Origin: Spirochaetia bacterium
Lineage (GTDB): Bacteria > Spirochaetota > Spirochaetia > SZUA-6 > Bin103
Length of the DNA stretch: 64,000 nt
Assembly: GCA_965243555.1 (NCBI GenBank)
Contig: OZ251575.1
Location: forward strand, 3,685,880 to 3,749,879
Reading direction: 5' to 3'
In this document: positions 20,192-29,828 of the stretch, piece after piece
Layout of the letters: each line of letters opens with the position of its first letter
Position numbering within the stretch: position 1 is the stretch's first letter
Translations under genes and position numbers: made by a program
The notes under the pieces: model-generated
The model's input: only the letters and a program-made list of their open reading frames with translations
Databases searched by the model: none
Told to the model about the DNA's origin: nothing

Positions 20192-20308
20192 TCACGACAC
20201 GATGCTCAATGACGCGACGCCTCGGATAGACTTCGACGAGCCCACGTAACGCCGCCAAGCGCGCCTGCTCCGGCAGGTACCATAATCGATGGCCGACCGC
20301 GCATCGGC

Positions 20309-20599
20309 GTGTGGCTGATGCCCAACAATCAGTCGCGTGGCGAGCTCGAAGACTTTGTTGCAAGGATGATCCCGGAGGAGGACGCGGTGTGGCCGTTGTC
20401 GCAGGCTTACGTCGACGGCATACCTGCTTTGGAACGCAAGTTCGCCAGCGGCAAGATGCTCAGAGCCAAAGTGCACTCGTGGCTCGCTACGAGGGAATCT
20501 CCTCGAAAGATGGGCGCGGCTATCGGGGTCGGAGATCTGAACGCGTCGGCTACCGATGCGGCCCGCCTTGTGGCTTGGTTACAGCGGCTGTTTCGCTGA
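20309..20599 (+). CDS. Hypothetical 96-aa protein; possibly a truncated partner of the ATPase
   Basis: GTG start; the in-frame upstream region is open but holds no ATG. No recognisable nuclease motifs. Confidence 0.3.
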   Translation: MWLMPNNQSRGELEDFVARMIPEEDAVWPLSQAYVDGIPALERKFASGKMLRAKVHSWLATRESPRKMGAAIGVGDLNASATDAARLVAWLQRLFR

Positions 20600-21292
20600 A
20601 GGGTGCAGGAGGTGGGCGGCGGTTTGGAGTTGGGCGGCGGGGTCCTGGCCGAGGCGGCCGCGCCAGTGGGAAGCGAGTATCTGGTCGCGCGCGATGCACT
20701 GGTCGACGATCCGGGGGGCGAGGTCGCCGGTGAGTAGGCCGTACCAGTCGCCGGCGGGGTAGGCGATCAGGCAGCCGGCGAAGCGGTGGCCGCCCACGTG
20801 GCTGGAGCGGCGCACGGTTACGCCGCCGATGCCGCGCTCCCGGAGCTCGCGCTCGACCGCGGCGGCAAGCTGCGGGCCCTGGTCGCCGCAGCGCTGGTCG
20901 CGCGCCGCGTGCACACAAACGAACAGGTGGCGGCCGCTCAGCGGTTCGCTGGCCAGGCGCGGCGAGACGGAGCCGCCGAGCAGGTGGTCCTCCACCAGCG
21001 CCGCAACGTCGGCATCCGGGTGTTCCGCCCCTACGGCGCGGTAGCGCACCATGTCCGGGAACACCAGCACGTCGTGGCCGCGCGCCGCCGCGTTGCCGGT
21101 TGCAGCGGTCACCTTGACGCCGCCGAGGCGCTCGCCGTGGCCGGCAATCGCGGCCTGCAGGGAGCCGGCCAAGCCGTCCGCCTGGTCGATATGCGAGGGC
21201 CAGTCCGCCGCCGCGGTGAGCACCACCACGTGGCGGCGGTAGAGCTTGACGGTGCCGGCCAGTTGCTCGGCGCCGGTCTGCGGGTCACTCAT
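20579..21292 (-). CDS. Sucrase/ferredoxin-like (thioredoxin-like [2Fe-2S] ferredoxin family) protein
   Basis: 'HLFVCVHAARDQRCGDQG' and 'HVGGHRFAG' motifs. Start 'MSDPQTG' at 21292. Confidence 0.65.
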   Translation of the reverse strand: MSDPQTGAEQLAGTVKLYRRHVVVLTAAADWPSHIDQADGLAGSLQAAIAGHGERLGGVKVTAATGNAAARGHDVLVFPDMVRYRAVGAEHPDADVAALVEDHLLGGSVSPRLASEPLSGRHLFVCVHAARDQRCGDQGPQLAAAVERELRERGIGGVTVRRSSHVGGHRFAGCLIAYPAGDWYGLLTGDLAPRIVDQCIARDQILASHWRGRLGQDPAAQLQTAAHLLHPSAKQPL

Positions 21293-21374
21293 CGCAGTAA
21301 GTGAGCCCGCCATGCCGCCGCCTGTCAAATGGCGCGCGCGGGAGGATTGGGAGGGGGGCGCGCCCGAACACTGC

Positions 21375-22385
21375 ATGCGGAGCGCGCCGACCGCCGGTAT
21401 GCTCAAGGCCATCACCTGGAGGAAAACCGCCGTGGCCGATCATCAGTTCGTACCTGTCAGCTATCACACCACGCTTGGGCCGCACGATCCGGTGCTCACC
21501 ATCGAACCGGGCGACCGGGTGGCCACCACCACCGTGGATGCCGCCGGCTGCGACGCCGCCGGGAATGAGGTGACGCCCGCCGGCAACCCGCAGACCGGCC
21601 CGTTCCGGGTGGCCGGCGCCGCGCCCGGCGACACCCTGGCCGTGCACCTGGAGTCGATCCGCCCCAACCGCGCCCGCGGCTACACCAGGAGCTGGATAGC
21701 GCCCAACGTCCTCGACCCCGGCTTCCCCACTCTGCCCGGCGACCTGCCGGCGCGCGTCGAGTGGGCGGTGGACGCCGCCGCCGGCAGCGCCGCGCCCCTG
21801 GACCTGCCCGGCCTGGAACAGTGGCGGCTGCCCCTGGCGCCGATGATCGGCTGCTTCGGCGTGGCCCCGGAGCGGCAGCAGGCGATCTCCACCGCCACCT
21901 CCGACCGCCACGGCGGCAACATGGACTGGAACGGCTTCCGCGCCGGGGTCACCGCCCTGTTCCCGGTGTTCGAGCCCGGCGCCCTGTTCTCGCTCGGCGA
22001 CGTGCACGCCGCCCAGGGGGACGGCGAGATCGTCGGCACCGGCATTGAAATCTCCGCCGACGTGGTGTTCCGCGTCGAGTTGCTCAAGGGCCGCGCCATA
22101 GGTTGGCCGCGCGCGCGCACCGCGGCCGGCATCGCAACGCTCGGCAACGCCCGCCCCCTTGACCAGTGCGTGCAACACGCCACCACCGAGATGCTGCGCT
22201 GGCTGGCGCAGGACTACGGCCTCGACCGCCACTTGGCGCACGTCGTCCTTGGCCAGGCCGCCGGCTACCAGCTCGGCAACATGTTCGACCCCGCCTACAC
22301 GATGGTCTGCACCCTCTCCAAGGAGGTGCTCCGCGCGGTCTCGCCCGGCCCCCGCGCCGGCGCCGGGGAGGCGCGGCATGGCTGA
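21375..22385 (+). CDS. Acetamidase/formamidase (FmdA/AmdA) family amidohydrolase
   Basis: 'LTIEPGDRV', 'GNPQTGPFRVAGAAPGDTLAVHLESI' and 'FSLGDVHAAQGDGE' are characteristic. An alternative ATG lies at 21399. Confidence 0.8.
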   Translation: MRSAPTAGMLKAITWRKTAVADHQFVPVSYHTTLGPHDPVLTIEPGDRVATTTVDAAGCDAAGNEVTPAGNPQTGPFRVAGAAPGDTLAVHLESIRPNRARGYTRSWIAPNVLDPGFPTLPGDLPARVEWAVDAAAGSAAPLDLPGLEQWRLPLAPMIGCFGVAPERQQAISTATSDRHGGNMDWNGFRAGVTALFPVFEPGALFSLGDVHAAQGDGEIVGTGIEISADVVFRVELLKGRAIGWPRARTAAGIATLGNARPLDQCVQHATTEMLRWLAQDYGLDRHLAHVVLGQAAGYQLGNMFDPAYTMVCTLSKEVLRAVSPGPRAGAGEARHG

Positions 22386-24024
22386 ACCGCGCTGCCTCGG
22401 CATCGACTTCGGCACCGACTCGGTGCGCGTGGTGCTGGTCCGCGCCGACACCGGCGCCCAGGAGGCGCGCGCCGTGGCGGCCTACCCGCGGTGGAGCGAG
22501 GGGCGCTACTGCGACGCCGCGGCCAATCGGTTCCGCCAGCATCCCCTGGACTACCTCGAGAGCCTGGAGCGCGCCTGCCGCCAACTGACCGGCGCGCTGA
22601 GCGCGGCGCAGCGCGGCGGCATCATCGGTATCGGCGTCGCCACTACCGGCTCGACGGTCTGCGCGGTCGACGAAGCGGGCGCGCCGCTCGCCCTCGACGA
22701 ACGGTTCGCGGACAACCCCAACGCGATGTTCGTGCTGTGGAAGGATCACGTCGCGGTACGCGAGGCGGACGAGATCAACGCGCTGGCGCGCACTTGGGGC
22801 GGCCCCGACTACACCCGCTTCGAGGGCGGCGTCTACTCCTCGGAGTGGTTCTGGGCCAAGGTGCTGCACGTGCTGCGCGCCGACCCGGCGGTAGCCGCCG
22901 CGGCCTTTTCCTGGAGTGAGCACTGCGACTGGATTCCCGGCCTGCTGGTGGGGGACGCGGCGCCGGCGGCGTTGCGCCGCGGGCGGGCGGCCGCCGGTCA
23001 CAAGGCGATGTGGCACGAGTCGTGGGGCGGCCTGCCGAGCGCGCAGTTCCTGGGCCGCCTGGACCCGCGGCTGGCGGAGCTGCGCGGGCGGCTGTACGAG
23101 GTGTCCCACACCTGCGACCAACGCGCCGGCCTGCTGAGCGGCGAATGGGCGGAACGGTTGGGGCTGCCGGCCGGCATCGCGGTGGCGGTCGGCGGCTTCG
23201 ACGCCCACCTGGGCGCCGTGGGCGGCGGCATCCGTCCCGGCGCGTTGACCAAGATCCTGGGTACCTCCACCTGCGACATGATCGTGACCGGCGCCGCGGC
23301 GCTCGGCGACCGGGTGATTCCGGGCATCTGCGGGCAGGTGGACGGCTCCATCATCCCCGGGCAGGTGGGCCTGGAGGCGGGCCAGTCCGCCTACGGCGAC
23401 GTGTACGCCTGGTTCCGCGACCTGCTGTGCTGGCCGTTGCGCACCCTGCCGGCGGCCCAACGCGCGCCGCTGGGGGCGCGCCTGCTCGACGACCTGGCGG
23501 ACGCCGCCGCCGCCCTGCCGGTGGACCCGGCCGGCGTGCTGAGCCTGGACTGGTTCAACGGGCGCCGCACGCCCAACGCCGACGCCACGCTGCAGGCGGC
23601 GATTACCGGGCTCAGCCTCGGCGCCGGCGCCCCGGCGCTGTTCCGCTCGCTGGTGGAGGCCACCGCCTACGGCAGCCGCGCGATCAACGAACACTTCGCC
23701 GCCGCCGGCATCGCGGTGGACGAAATCATCGCCCTGGGCGGCATCTCGCAGCGTTCCGACTTCGCGGTGCAGGTGGCGGCCGACGTGCTCGGCATGCCGC
23801 TCAAGGTGGCCGCCACCGGGGAGGGCAGCGCGCTCGGCGCGGCCATGTGCGCGGCCACCGCCGCCGGCCACTACCCCACCGTGGAGGAGGCGCAGGCAGC
23901 GATGGGCGCCGGCTTCAAGGCCACCTACGAGCCGCACCCCGAGCGCGCCCGGCGCTACGCCGAAGGCTACCTGCGCTACCGCGAATTGGCGGCCGCGGTG
24001 GAGTCGGCTTCCTGGCGCAGGTAG
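22378..24024 (+). CDS. FGGY-family carbohydrate kinase (ribulokinase-like)
   Basis: 548 aa. 'CLGIDFGTDSVRVVLV' N-terminus, 'GTSTC' and a FGGY C-terminal domain. Length and motifs fit AraB-type kinases. Confidence 0.85.
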   Translation: MAEPRCLGIDFGTDSVRVVLVRADTGAQEARAVAAYPRWSEGRYCDAAANRFRQHPLDYLESLERACRQLTGALSAAQRGGIIGIGVATTGSTVCAVDEAGAPLALDERFADNPNAMFVLWKDHVAVREADEINALARTWGGPDYTRFEGGVYSSEWFWAKVLHVLRADPAVAAAAFSWSEHCDWIPGLLVGDAAPAALRRGRAAAGHKAMWHESWGGLPSAQFLGRLDPRLAELRGRLYEVSHTCDQRAGLLSGEWAERLGLPAGIAVAVGGFDAHLGAVGGGIRPGALTKILGTSTCDMIVTGAAALGDRVIPGICGQVDGSIIPGQVGLEAGQSAYGDVYAWFRDLLCWPLRTLPAAQRAPLGARLLDDLADAAAALPVDPAGVLSLDWFNGRRTPNADATLQAAITGLSLGAGAPALFRSLVEATAYGSRAINEHFAAAGIAVDEIIALGGISQRSDFAVQVAADVLGMPLKVAATGEGSALGAAMCAATAAGHYPTVEEAQAAMGAGFKATYEPHPERARRYAEGYLRYRELAAAVESASWRR

Positions 24025-25268
24025 GCGATGGTCAGCGGCCCTTCCGGCAGCACGCACAGCCGCCCGGGCTGCAGTTCCTCCAGGGTGGCCGCGAGGTCGC
24101 GGGTGGGGGTGAGCAGCGCGGCGCGGATCTCGGCGTCGGAGAGGCCGTCGCTGTACACGTAGACCTGGGCGTGGCGTTGGATCTGCGCCTGGATCTGCAC
24201 CTGCCACTGATCCTGCTCCGAGAACCCGGGCTGGCGCAGCAGCTCCAGGATCGCCTCCGGCGAACCCGCTTCGGCCAGCAGCTCGGCGTAGCGGCCGTGG
24301 CGCGGCAGGCCGTCCTCGCAGGCCGCGGCCAGCAAAATGGCGCCGCCGGGGCGCACGATGCCCTTGGCCGCCTGCATCCCCTTCACCGTCTGGTAGAGGT
24401 TCTGATCCAGCGGGTAGCCGCTGTTGGTGGTGACCACCGCGTCGAACGGCTCCGCCACCGGCACCATGGCGCTGCCGCGCACGAAGGCGCAGCCGCGGCG
24501 GTGCGCCTCCAGCACGTCGCCGGCGAACACGCCGGTGATCTCGCCGCCGGCGTTGAGGGTGACGTTGAGCAGGAACAGCGGTTCGATGAGGAGCGCCGCC
24601 TCGCGCATCTCCTCCCAGATCGGGTTGCCCTCGGTGGCGCCCCAGGTGGCGCGCGGGTCGCCGATCATGGCGTAGCCGTGGTTGGTGAGCACGCTCTCGT
24701 GGCCGGCCAGGGCGGGCAGCGCGCCCTTGGGGCCGCCGCTGAAGCCGGCGAAGAAGTGCGGCTCGATGAAGCCGGTAAAGATCACCAGGTCGGCTTCCAT
24801 CACGGCGCGGTTGAGGCGGATGGCGTTGCCGCGGCCGGTGGTACCGGCCGCCACCAGAGCGGCGTCGTCCCAGGCGTCGTGCTGCAGGCAGCGGTAGCGG
24901 GAGGCGATCTCGGCGCCGAGCATCTGCCGCAGCTCCGCCGCGGTCTGCCGGCGATGGGTGCCGAGGGCGTTGATCAGGGTGATGTCGCCGCGCGCCACGC
25001 CGGCCTGTTCCAGGGCCTGCAGCAGCACCGGCAGGATACGGTCGTTGGGAGTGGCGCGCGTTATGTCGCTGTGGGTCACCACCACGCGGCGCTTGCCGGC
25101 GGCCAACTGCGCCAGCGGGGGCGCCGCCACCGGGTCGGCCAGCGCCGCTTGCAGGGCGGCGCGCTCGTCGGCCACCCCGGCCACCGGCCGCGGGCGCAGC
25201 ACCTGCGCGTGGTCGGGTAGCTCGACGGTCAGCCCGTTGCGCCCGTAGGCCAGCTTCACGCGCTTCAT
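23976..25268 (-). CDS. LarA-like nickel-dependent racemase family protein (DUF2088)
   Basis: 430 aa. Resembles lactate racemase family members ('GTHRRQT', 'FIEPHFFAGFSGGPK'). Confidence 0.7.
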   Translation of the reverse strand: MKRVKLAYGRNGLTVELPDHAQVLRPRPVAGVADERAALQAALADPVAAPPLAQLAAGKRRVVVTHSDITRATPNDRILPVLLQALEQAGVARGDITLINALGTHRRQTAAELRQMLGAEIASRYRCLQHDAWDDAALVAAGTTGRGNAIRLNRAVMEADLVIFTGFIEPHFFAGFSGGPKGALPALAGHESVLTNHGYAMIGDPRATWGATEGNPIWEEMREAALLIEPLFLLNVTLNAGGEITGVFAGDVLEAHRRGCAFVRGSAMVPVAEPFDAVVTTNSGYPLDQNLYQTVKGMQAAKGIVRPGGAILLAAACEDGLPRHGRYAELLAEAGSPEAILELLRQPGFSEQDQWQVQIQAQIQRHAQVYVYSDGLSDAEIRAALLTPTRDLAATLEELQPGRLCVLPEGPLTIAYLRQEADSTAAANSR

Positions 25269-25495
25269 CGCCGGCCCACCACGCCTACGCCCACCCTGCC
25301 CGCGCCTGCCACGCGGAGCGCGCCGGTTCGCGGTTGCCGGTTCGCCGCCGGTTCATGCCGCGCCTGCCCTGTCGGCGCCTGCCCCCTTCGCGCCCGCCGC
25401 GCGGAGCTTGCCGGTTTCGCAGTATCCGGTTCGACGCCGGTTCGTGCCGCGCCTGCCCGCCCGGCGCTTGCCGGCGCCCGGCGCGGCGGTTGCCC

Positions 25496-26896
25496 TCACT
25501 TGCCGCCCCCGGCCTGCAGCCGTTGCGCGGCGCCGGGGTCGCCGATGTGCAGCGTGTCGTAGGCCTGCTGCGAGGAAGTAAACGGCCCGGTACCGGCGCT
25601 GCCGTGCCAGTCGCGCTGGTGCAGAATCGGCGCCGGCAACCCGGTGGCGCGCGTGCGCCGTTCGATCCATCCCTCCATGCGCGCGCGCAGAAACGCCGCC
25701 ACCTCCGGCAACTCGTCAGCCAGGTTGCGCAACTCGCCCGGGTCGTCGGTCAACCGGTACAGCTCCACCGGCGGCTTGAAGTGAAAGTCGGGCTCCAGCG
25801 CCACCATCAGCTTCCATTCCGGCGTGCGCCAGCCGTGCTTGCGCATCCACGTGCACTCGGTCAGATACAGCTCGCTGGCAAAGCTCGCCGCCTCGCCGCG
25901 CACCAGCGGCAGCAGACTGGCGCCGTCAAACCGCTCCCGTTCATGCGGCAATCCGGCCAACTCCAGCAGCGTCGGCACCAAGTCCTGGTGCTGGTTGTAG
26001 CCGGCCACCCGCACGCCGCGCGGCAGGCCGGGCGGATAGCGCAGGATCAGCGGCACGTGCAACACGTTGTCGTAGAGGCCGTGGTGATCGAACCAGCACT
26101 CGTGGTCGTACAGGGTCTCGCCGTGGTCGCCGTTCACCACCACGATGGTCTCGTCCAGCACGCCGCGCGCGGCCAGCGCATTGAAAATCCCCTGAATCGC
26201 CGCGTCCATGTAGGCGATGGCGCCGTCGTACTGGGCGATCACGTAGTCCTTGTCGGTGATTCCGGGCGGCATCCAGGCCGCGAAGTAATCGCGGAACGGC
26301 TTGAACGCCATCACCGGCTCCATGGAACGGTTGCCGGGGTCGCACTCGTCGCCGTGATAGAAGATGCGCTCGTAGGGGTGCGGCGGCAGATAGGGCGAAT
26401 GCGGATCCATGTGCCGCAGAAACAGCAGGAAGGGGTCGCCTGCGTCCAACAACCGATCCATCTCCGGCAGCGCCGCCTCGTTGAGGAGCTGCGCCTTGGG
26501 GGCGCGCCCGCTGGGATCGTTGCGCCACGCTTCGTAATCCAGGTAGGTGTCGAAGCCGCGCGAGCTGGGATTGCCGCTGAAGCCGATGCAGGTGCTGGCG
26601 TAGCCGTGCGGGCGCAGCATCTCCGGCAGGGTGGTCACCGCGGCGCCGAGCGGCCCTTTGTGGCGCAACGCCACCACCTGGGTGCTGAAGCAGTCCAGCC
26701 CGGAAAGCATGGAGCAGTAGGCCGGGGTGGTGGGAACCGCCGGCGAGAAGGTGCGTTCGAACAGCACGGCGTCGGCGGCGAAGCGATCCAGGTGGGGAGT
26801 GGTGAGCCGGTGATAGCCGTAGCTGCTCATGTGGCCGGCGCTCAGCGAGTCGATGCCGAGCAGGATGACGTTTGGTGGTTTCGCGGGTTTTGCCAC
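25496..26896 (-). CDS. Sulfatase-like (alkaline-phosphatase superfamily) hydrolase/transferase
   Basis: GTG start after a GGAGG ribosome-binding site. 'NVILLGIDSLSAGHMSSYGY' and 'VVVNGDHGE' match the sulfatase fold. The C-x-P-x-R formylglycine motif is absent ('PAYCSMLSG'). Confidence 0.75.
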   Translation of the reverse strand: MAKPAKPPNVILLGIDSLSAGHMSSYGYHRLTTPHLDRFAADAVLFERTFSPAVPTTPAYCSMLSGLDCFSTQVVALRHKGPLGAAVTTLPEMLRPHGYASTCIGFSGNPSSRGFDTYLDYEAWRNDPSGRAPKAQLLNEAALPEMDRLLDAGDPFLLFLRHMDPHSPYLPPHPYERIFYHGDECDPGNRSMEPVMAFKPFRDYFAAWMPPGITDKDYVIAQYDGAIAYMDAAIQGIFNALAARGVLDETIVVVNGDHGETLYDHECWFDHHGLYDNVLHVPLILRYPPGLPRGVRVAGYNQHQDLVPTLLELAGLPHERERFDGASLLPLVRGEAASFASELYLTECTWMRKHGWRTPEWKLMVALEPDFHFKPPVELYRLTDDPGELRNLADELPEVAAFLRARMEGWIERRTRATGLPAPILHQRDWHGSAGTGPFTSSQQAYDTLHIGDPGAAQRLQAGGGK

Positions 26897-26922
26897 GTCG
26901 TTATTCCTCCGGGTGCCGCGTG

Positions 26923-28395
26923 TTAGCGGTCCAGGTAGTCGCGCGCCCAGCTCCCGCCGGCGGCGCCGCTGCCGGGGGCGCGCCACAGCGCCTGCACCGC
27001 TTCGCCGGCGCCGTAGTCGCGCAAGGCTTGCAGAAACTGATCGTGCAGGTCGCGCACGGTTTCGGGGTTGGCGGCCGCCACGTCCTGCTCCGCCAGCGGG
27101 TCGGCGCTCAGGTCGAAGAGCTGCGGTTCGCCGCCGGGGCCGACCGGAGCGTACCCCCACTGCCCGGTGCGCAGGAACGGCGCCGAGGCGCGCGCGGGCA
27201 GCTCGTGCGGCGTGTCCGCCGCCGGCCGCGCGTGGGCGGCGGTGATTACGAGGTCGCGCAGCGGGCCGTTGCCGGCCAGCAGTTGCGGCGCGAAGGACTT
27301 GCCTTGCAGCGGTTGCGGCGGCGCGATGGTGACGCCGGCCAGCTCGCACAGGGTGGGCAGCAGGTCGTGAGGCTGCGCCATGAGATCGAGCTGGCCGCCG
27401 GCGGGCACAGCGCCTGCGGCGGCGGTGCCGGCGATCAGGCACAGTTCGTTGCTCAGTACCGGGTACAGCGGCCAGAAGCGCCCGTCGTCGGGGGTGATGT
27501 TGCTCTTGCCGCAGCAGTTGTGCTCGCCGATCGCCATGCCGTGGTCGGCCATCACCACCACCAGCGAGCGCTGCCACAGGTCGAGGTCGTCGAGCTTCTG
27601 CAGGATACGCCCTAGGTGGCGGTCCACCAACTCCGACTCGGCGGCGTAGTGCGCCCACAGGTTGCGCAACTCGGCGGCGTCGTAGCGGTCGGCCGGGCCG
27701 TAGTTGGGATGCAGCATCGGCGCGCCGGCGTAATCGGGATCGTAGCGCCGCACCAGGTACTCCGGCGGGTCCCACGGCTCGTGCGGGTCAAAGAAGTCCA
27801 CCCACAGGAAGAAGGGACCGGAGCGGTAGTTGCGCTCCAGCCAGGTGGAGGCGGTGAGCGCGGTGCGGGCGCAGAAGGTGTCGGCCTCGCTGCGGATGTC
27901 GTTGAGCCAGCGGTGCAGGTCGATCAGCGGGGCGCCGAAGGTCGCCGGCGCCTGGCGGGTCTTGGCGCGCGGCATCGCCTCGGTGATCGGGTCGTCCATG
28001 TGCAGCAGGGTCATGTCCCCTTCCTGGCCGCGGTGCTGGTAGCTGCCGTGGAAGCCCACCTGAAAGCCGGACTTGAACAGGTGCGGGCAGTCGCAGATGA
28101 GCTGCGTAAAGTAGCCCTGCTCGGCCAGCAGGGCGGCGGCGTGGTTGGGCGTGCTGTGGCTGATCGGCTGCCAGCCGTAGTGCGGCCAACCTACCCGGCC
28201 GCTGGCGAAGTCGGTGCGATGGGGGATGGTGGGGAAGCTGCTCATGGTGAGACCGGTGAGCTCGGTGGCGCGCTCCGCGGCGAAGCGGTCCAACTCCGGG
28301 GTGCGGACCGGACGCCGCGCCCGCGCGCCCAAGTTGTCGCGGCGAAAGGTGTCGGTGATAATGACGATGATGTTGGGGTGTTCCTGAGCTGCCAT
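26923..28395 (-). CDS. Sulfatase-like (alkaline-phosphatase superfamily) hydrolase/transferase, second copy
   Basis: 'MAAQEHPNIIVIITDTFRRDNLG' and 'VVVMADHGMAIGEH'. Alternative start at 28416. The track ORF is N-terminally over-extended. Confidence 0.75.
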   Translation of the reverse strand: MAAQEHPNIIVIITDTFRRDNLGARARRPVRTPELDRFAAERATELTGLTMSSFPTIPHRTDFASGRVGWPHYGWQPISHSTPNHAAALLAEQGYFTQLICDCPHLFKSGFQVGFHGSYQHRGQEGDMTLLHMDDPITEAMPRAKTRQAPATFGAPLIDLHRWLNDIRSEADTFCARTALTASTWLERNYRSGPFFLWVDFFDPHEPWDPPEYLVRRYDPDYAGAPMLHPNYGPADRYDAAELRNLWAHYAAESELVDRHLGRILQKLDDLDLWQRSLVVVMADHGMAIGEHNCCGKSNITPDDGRFWPLYPVLSNELCLIAGTAAAGAVPAGGQLDLMAQPHDLLPTLCELAGVTIAPPQPLQGKSFAPQLLAGNGPLRDLVITAAHARPAADTPHELPARASAPFLRTGQWGYAPVGPGGEPQLFDLSADPLAEQDVAAANPETVRDLHDQFLQALRDYGAGEAVQALWRAPGSGAAGGSWARDYLDR

Positions 28396-28568
28396 GCGCC
28401 AAGTGTACGCCATTCGCCCGCCCGCTGATACCGCCGCCGGGGCGGCGCCCGGAGTTGCCGCGCCCGCGCGCGCAACTGCCGGGGACACGCCCGCGCCCGC
28501 GGCCGCCGCGGGCGCAACCGGTCGGCGGCTGGCCGGTGCGCCGGAGCAGCTTCCCGCACGGCCGATCT

Positions 28569-29062
28569 TGTTCGTGGACGGCCAGTGCGTCTTGTGCCAG
28601 CGCACCGCCCGCTGGGTGATACGCCGCGACCGCCGCGGGCGGGTGGCGCTGGCCGCCCTGCAGGGCAGGACCGCGCGCCGGCTGCTGCCCCCGGCGCTGA
28701 TCGGGGAAGCCCTTGCGCCGCAGGAATCCGGCGTCGTGGAAAACGCGGCCGGCCCCAGGGAGCAGGCGCTTCGCGGGGAGGCCGGGGGCACCGCGCCGGC
28801 CGACACCGCCCCCGCCACACCCGGATCGCTGGTGTGGCGCGAGGTGGATGGCCAGATCCGTGTCCGGTCGGCGGCGGTGCTGGCCGTGGCGGCGGCGCTC
28901 GGCGGCCGCTACCGCGCAGGCGCGGCCCTGCTGCGGCTGGTGCCCGCGCCGTTGCGCGACGCCCTCTACTTGGCGCTCGCACGCCGCCGGCGGCGCTGGT
29001 TCGGCGCCACCGACCGCTGCCTCCTGCCAGCCGCCGCCGACCGCGGCCGCATGCTGGACTGA
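28569..29062 (+). CDS. DCC-family thiol-disulfide oxidoreductase (DUF393)
   Basis: 'ILFVDGQCVLCQRTARWVIRRDRRGRVALAALQ' and 'LVPAPLRDALYLALARRRRRWFG..DRCLLP'. The start is uncertain (TTG 28569 or GTG 28575). The track start at 28394 would collide with the sulfatase start. Confidence 0.6.
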
Positions 29063-29102
29063 AAGCGCCGCCGGGCGCGCTTCCGTAGTAAGATACGTAC
29101 GA

Positions 29103-29828
29103 ATGGTCACCGCCACGGGCGCCCAGATCATGCTGTTCCGGGACGGCAAGCGCGTGGTGCGCAACGGCGCCGCCACCAACGACTTGGTGCTGAGCGCCTA
29201 CGCGGACGGGAACGAGCACGTGTTCCCGCGCATCCTGGACCTGTACGTAAAGCGCGGCAGCGTCGTCGCAGACGTCACCTACGGCAAGGGCGTGTTCTGG
29301 CGCCACGTGGAGCCTGGAGACTACGACCTGCGCCCTACCGATCTCCTAAGCGGGGTGGACTGCCGCACTCTCCCCTACCGGGACGGAACGATCGATTGCG
29401 TCGTCCTCGATCCCCCGTACATGCACTCGCCGGGCGGAACCGCGCACTCCACCCACCGTCCGTTCGAGGAGCACTACCGCAACAACGAATCGGGCAACCG
29501 GACCGCGAGCAAGTATCACGAAGCGGTCCTCGACCTGTATCGGGACGCGGGCCGGGAGGCGCACCGGGTACTGCGCGAGCGCGGCGTCTTCATCGTCAAG
29601 TGCCAGGATGAGATCTGCTCCAACCGGCAGCGCTTCACGCACGTGGAGATCATGCGCGACTGCGAGCGGCTGGGCTTCGTCGCCGAAGATCTATTCGTCG
29701 TCGTGCGCAACAACCGCCCCGGCGTAAGCCGCACGGTCCGGCAGGTGCACGCCCGCAAGAATCACTCCTACTTCCTCGTCTTCTGGAAACGCGGCAAAGC
29801 AGGCACGTCGTGGGAACCGAGCGCGTGA
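29103..29828 (+). CDS. DNA methyltransferase (N6-adenine/N4-cytosine, DPPY motif), small orphan
   Basis: 241 aa with 'VVLDPPY' motif IV and an AdoMet-binding region. No adjacent restriction endonuclease gene. Confidence 0.65.
   Translation: MVTATGAQIMLFRDGKRVVRNGAATNDLVLSAYADGNEHVFPRILDLYVKRGSVVADVTYGKGVFWRHVEPGDYDLRPTDLLSGVDCRTLPYRDGTIDCVVLDPPYMHSPGGTAHSTHRPFEEHYRNNESGNRTASKYHEAVLDLYRDAGREAHRVLRERGVFIVKCQDEICSNRQRFTHVEIMRDCERLGFVAEDLFVVVRNNRPGVSRTVRQVHARKNHSYFLVFWKRGKAGTSWEPSA

Noticed and set aside
28394-28568. Upstream ATG start (28394) for the DCC/DUF393 protein
   Set aside because: It would overlap the divergent sulfatase start codon (CATG) and add about 58 non-conserved Ala/Pro-rich residues. 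The family core begins at 'ILFVDGQC', so a TTG or GTG near 28569 is more plausible.
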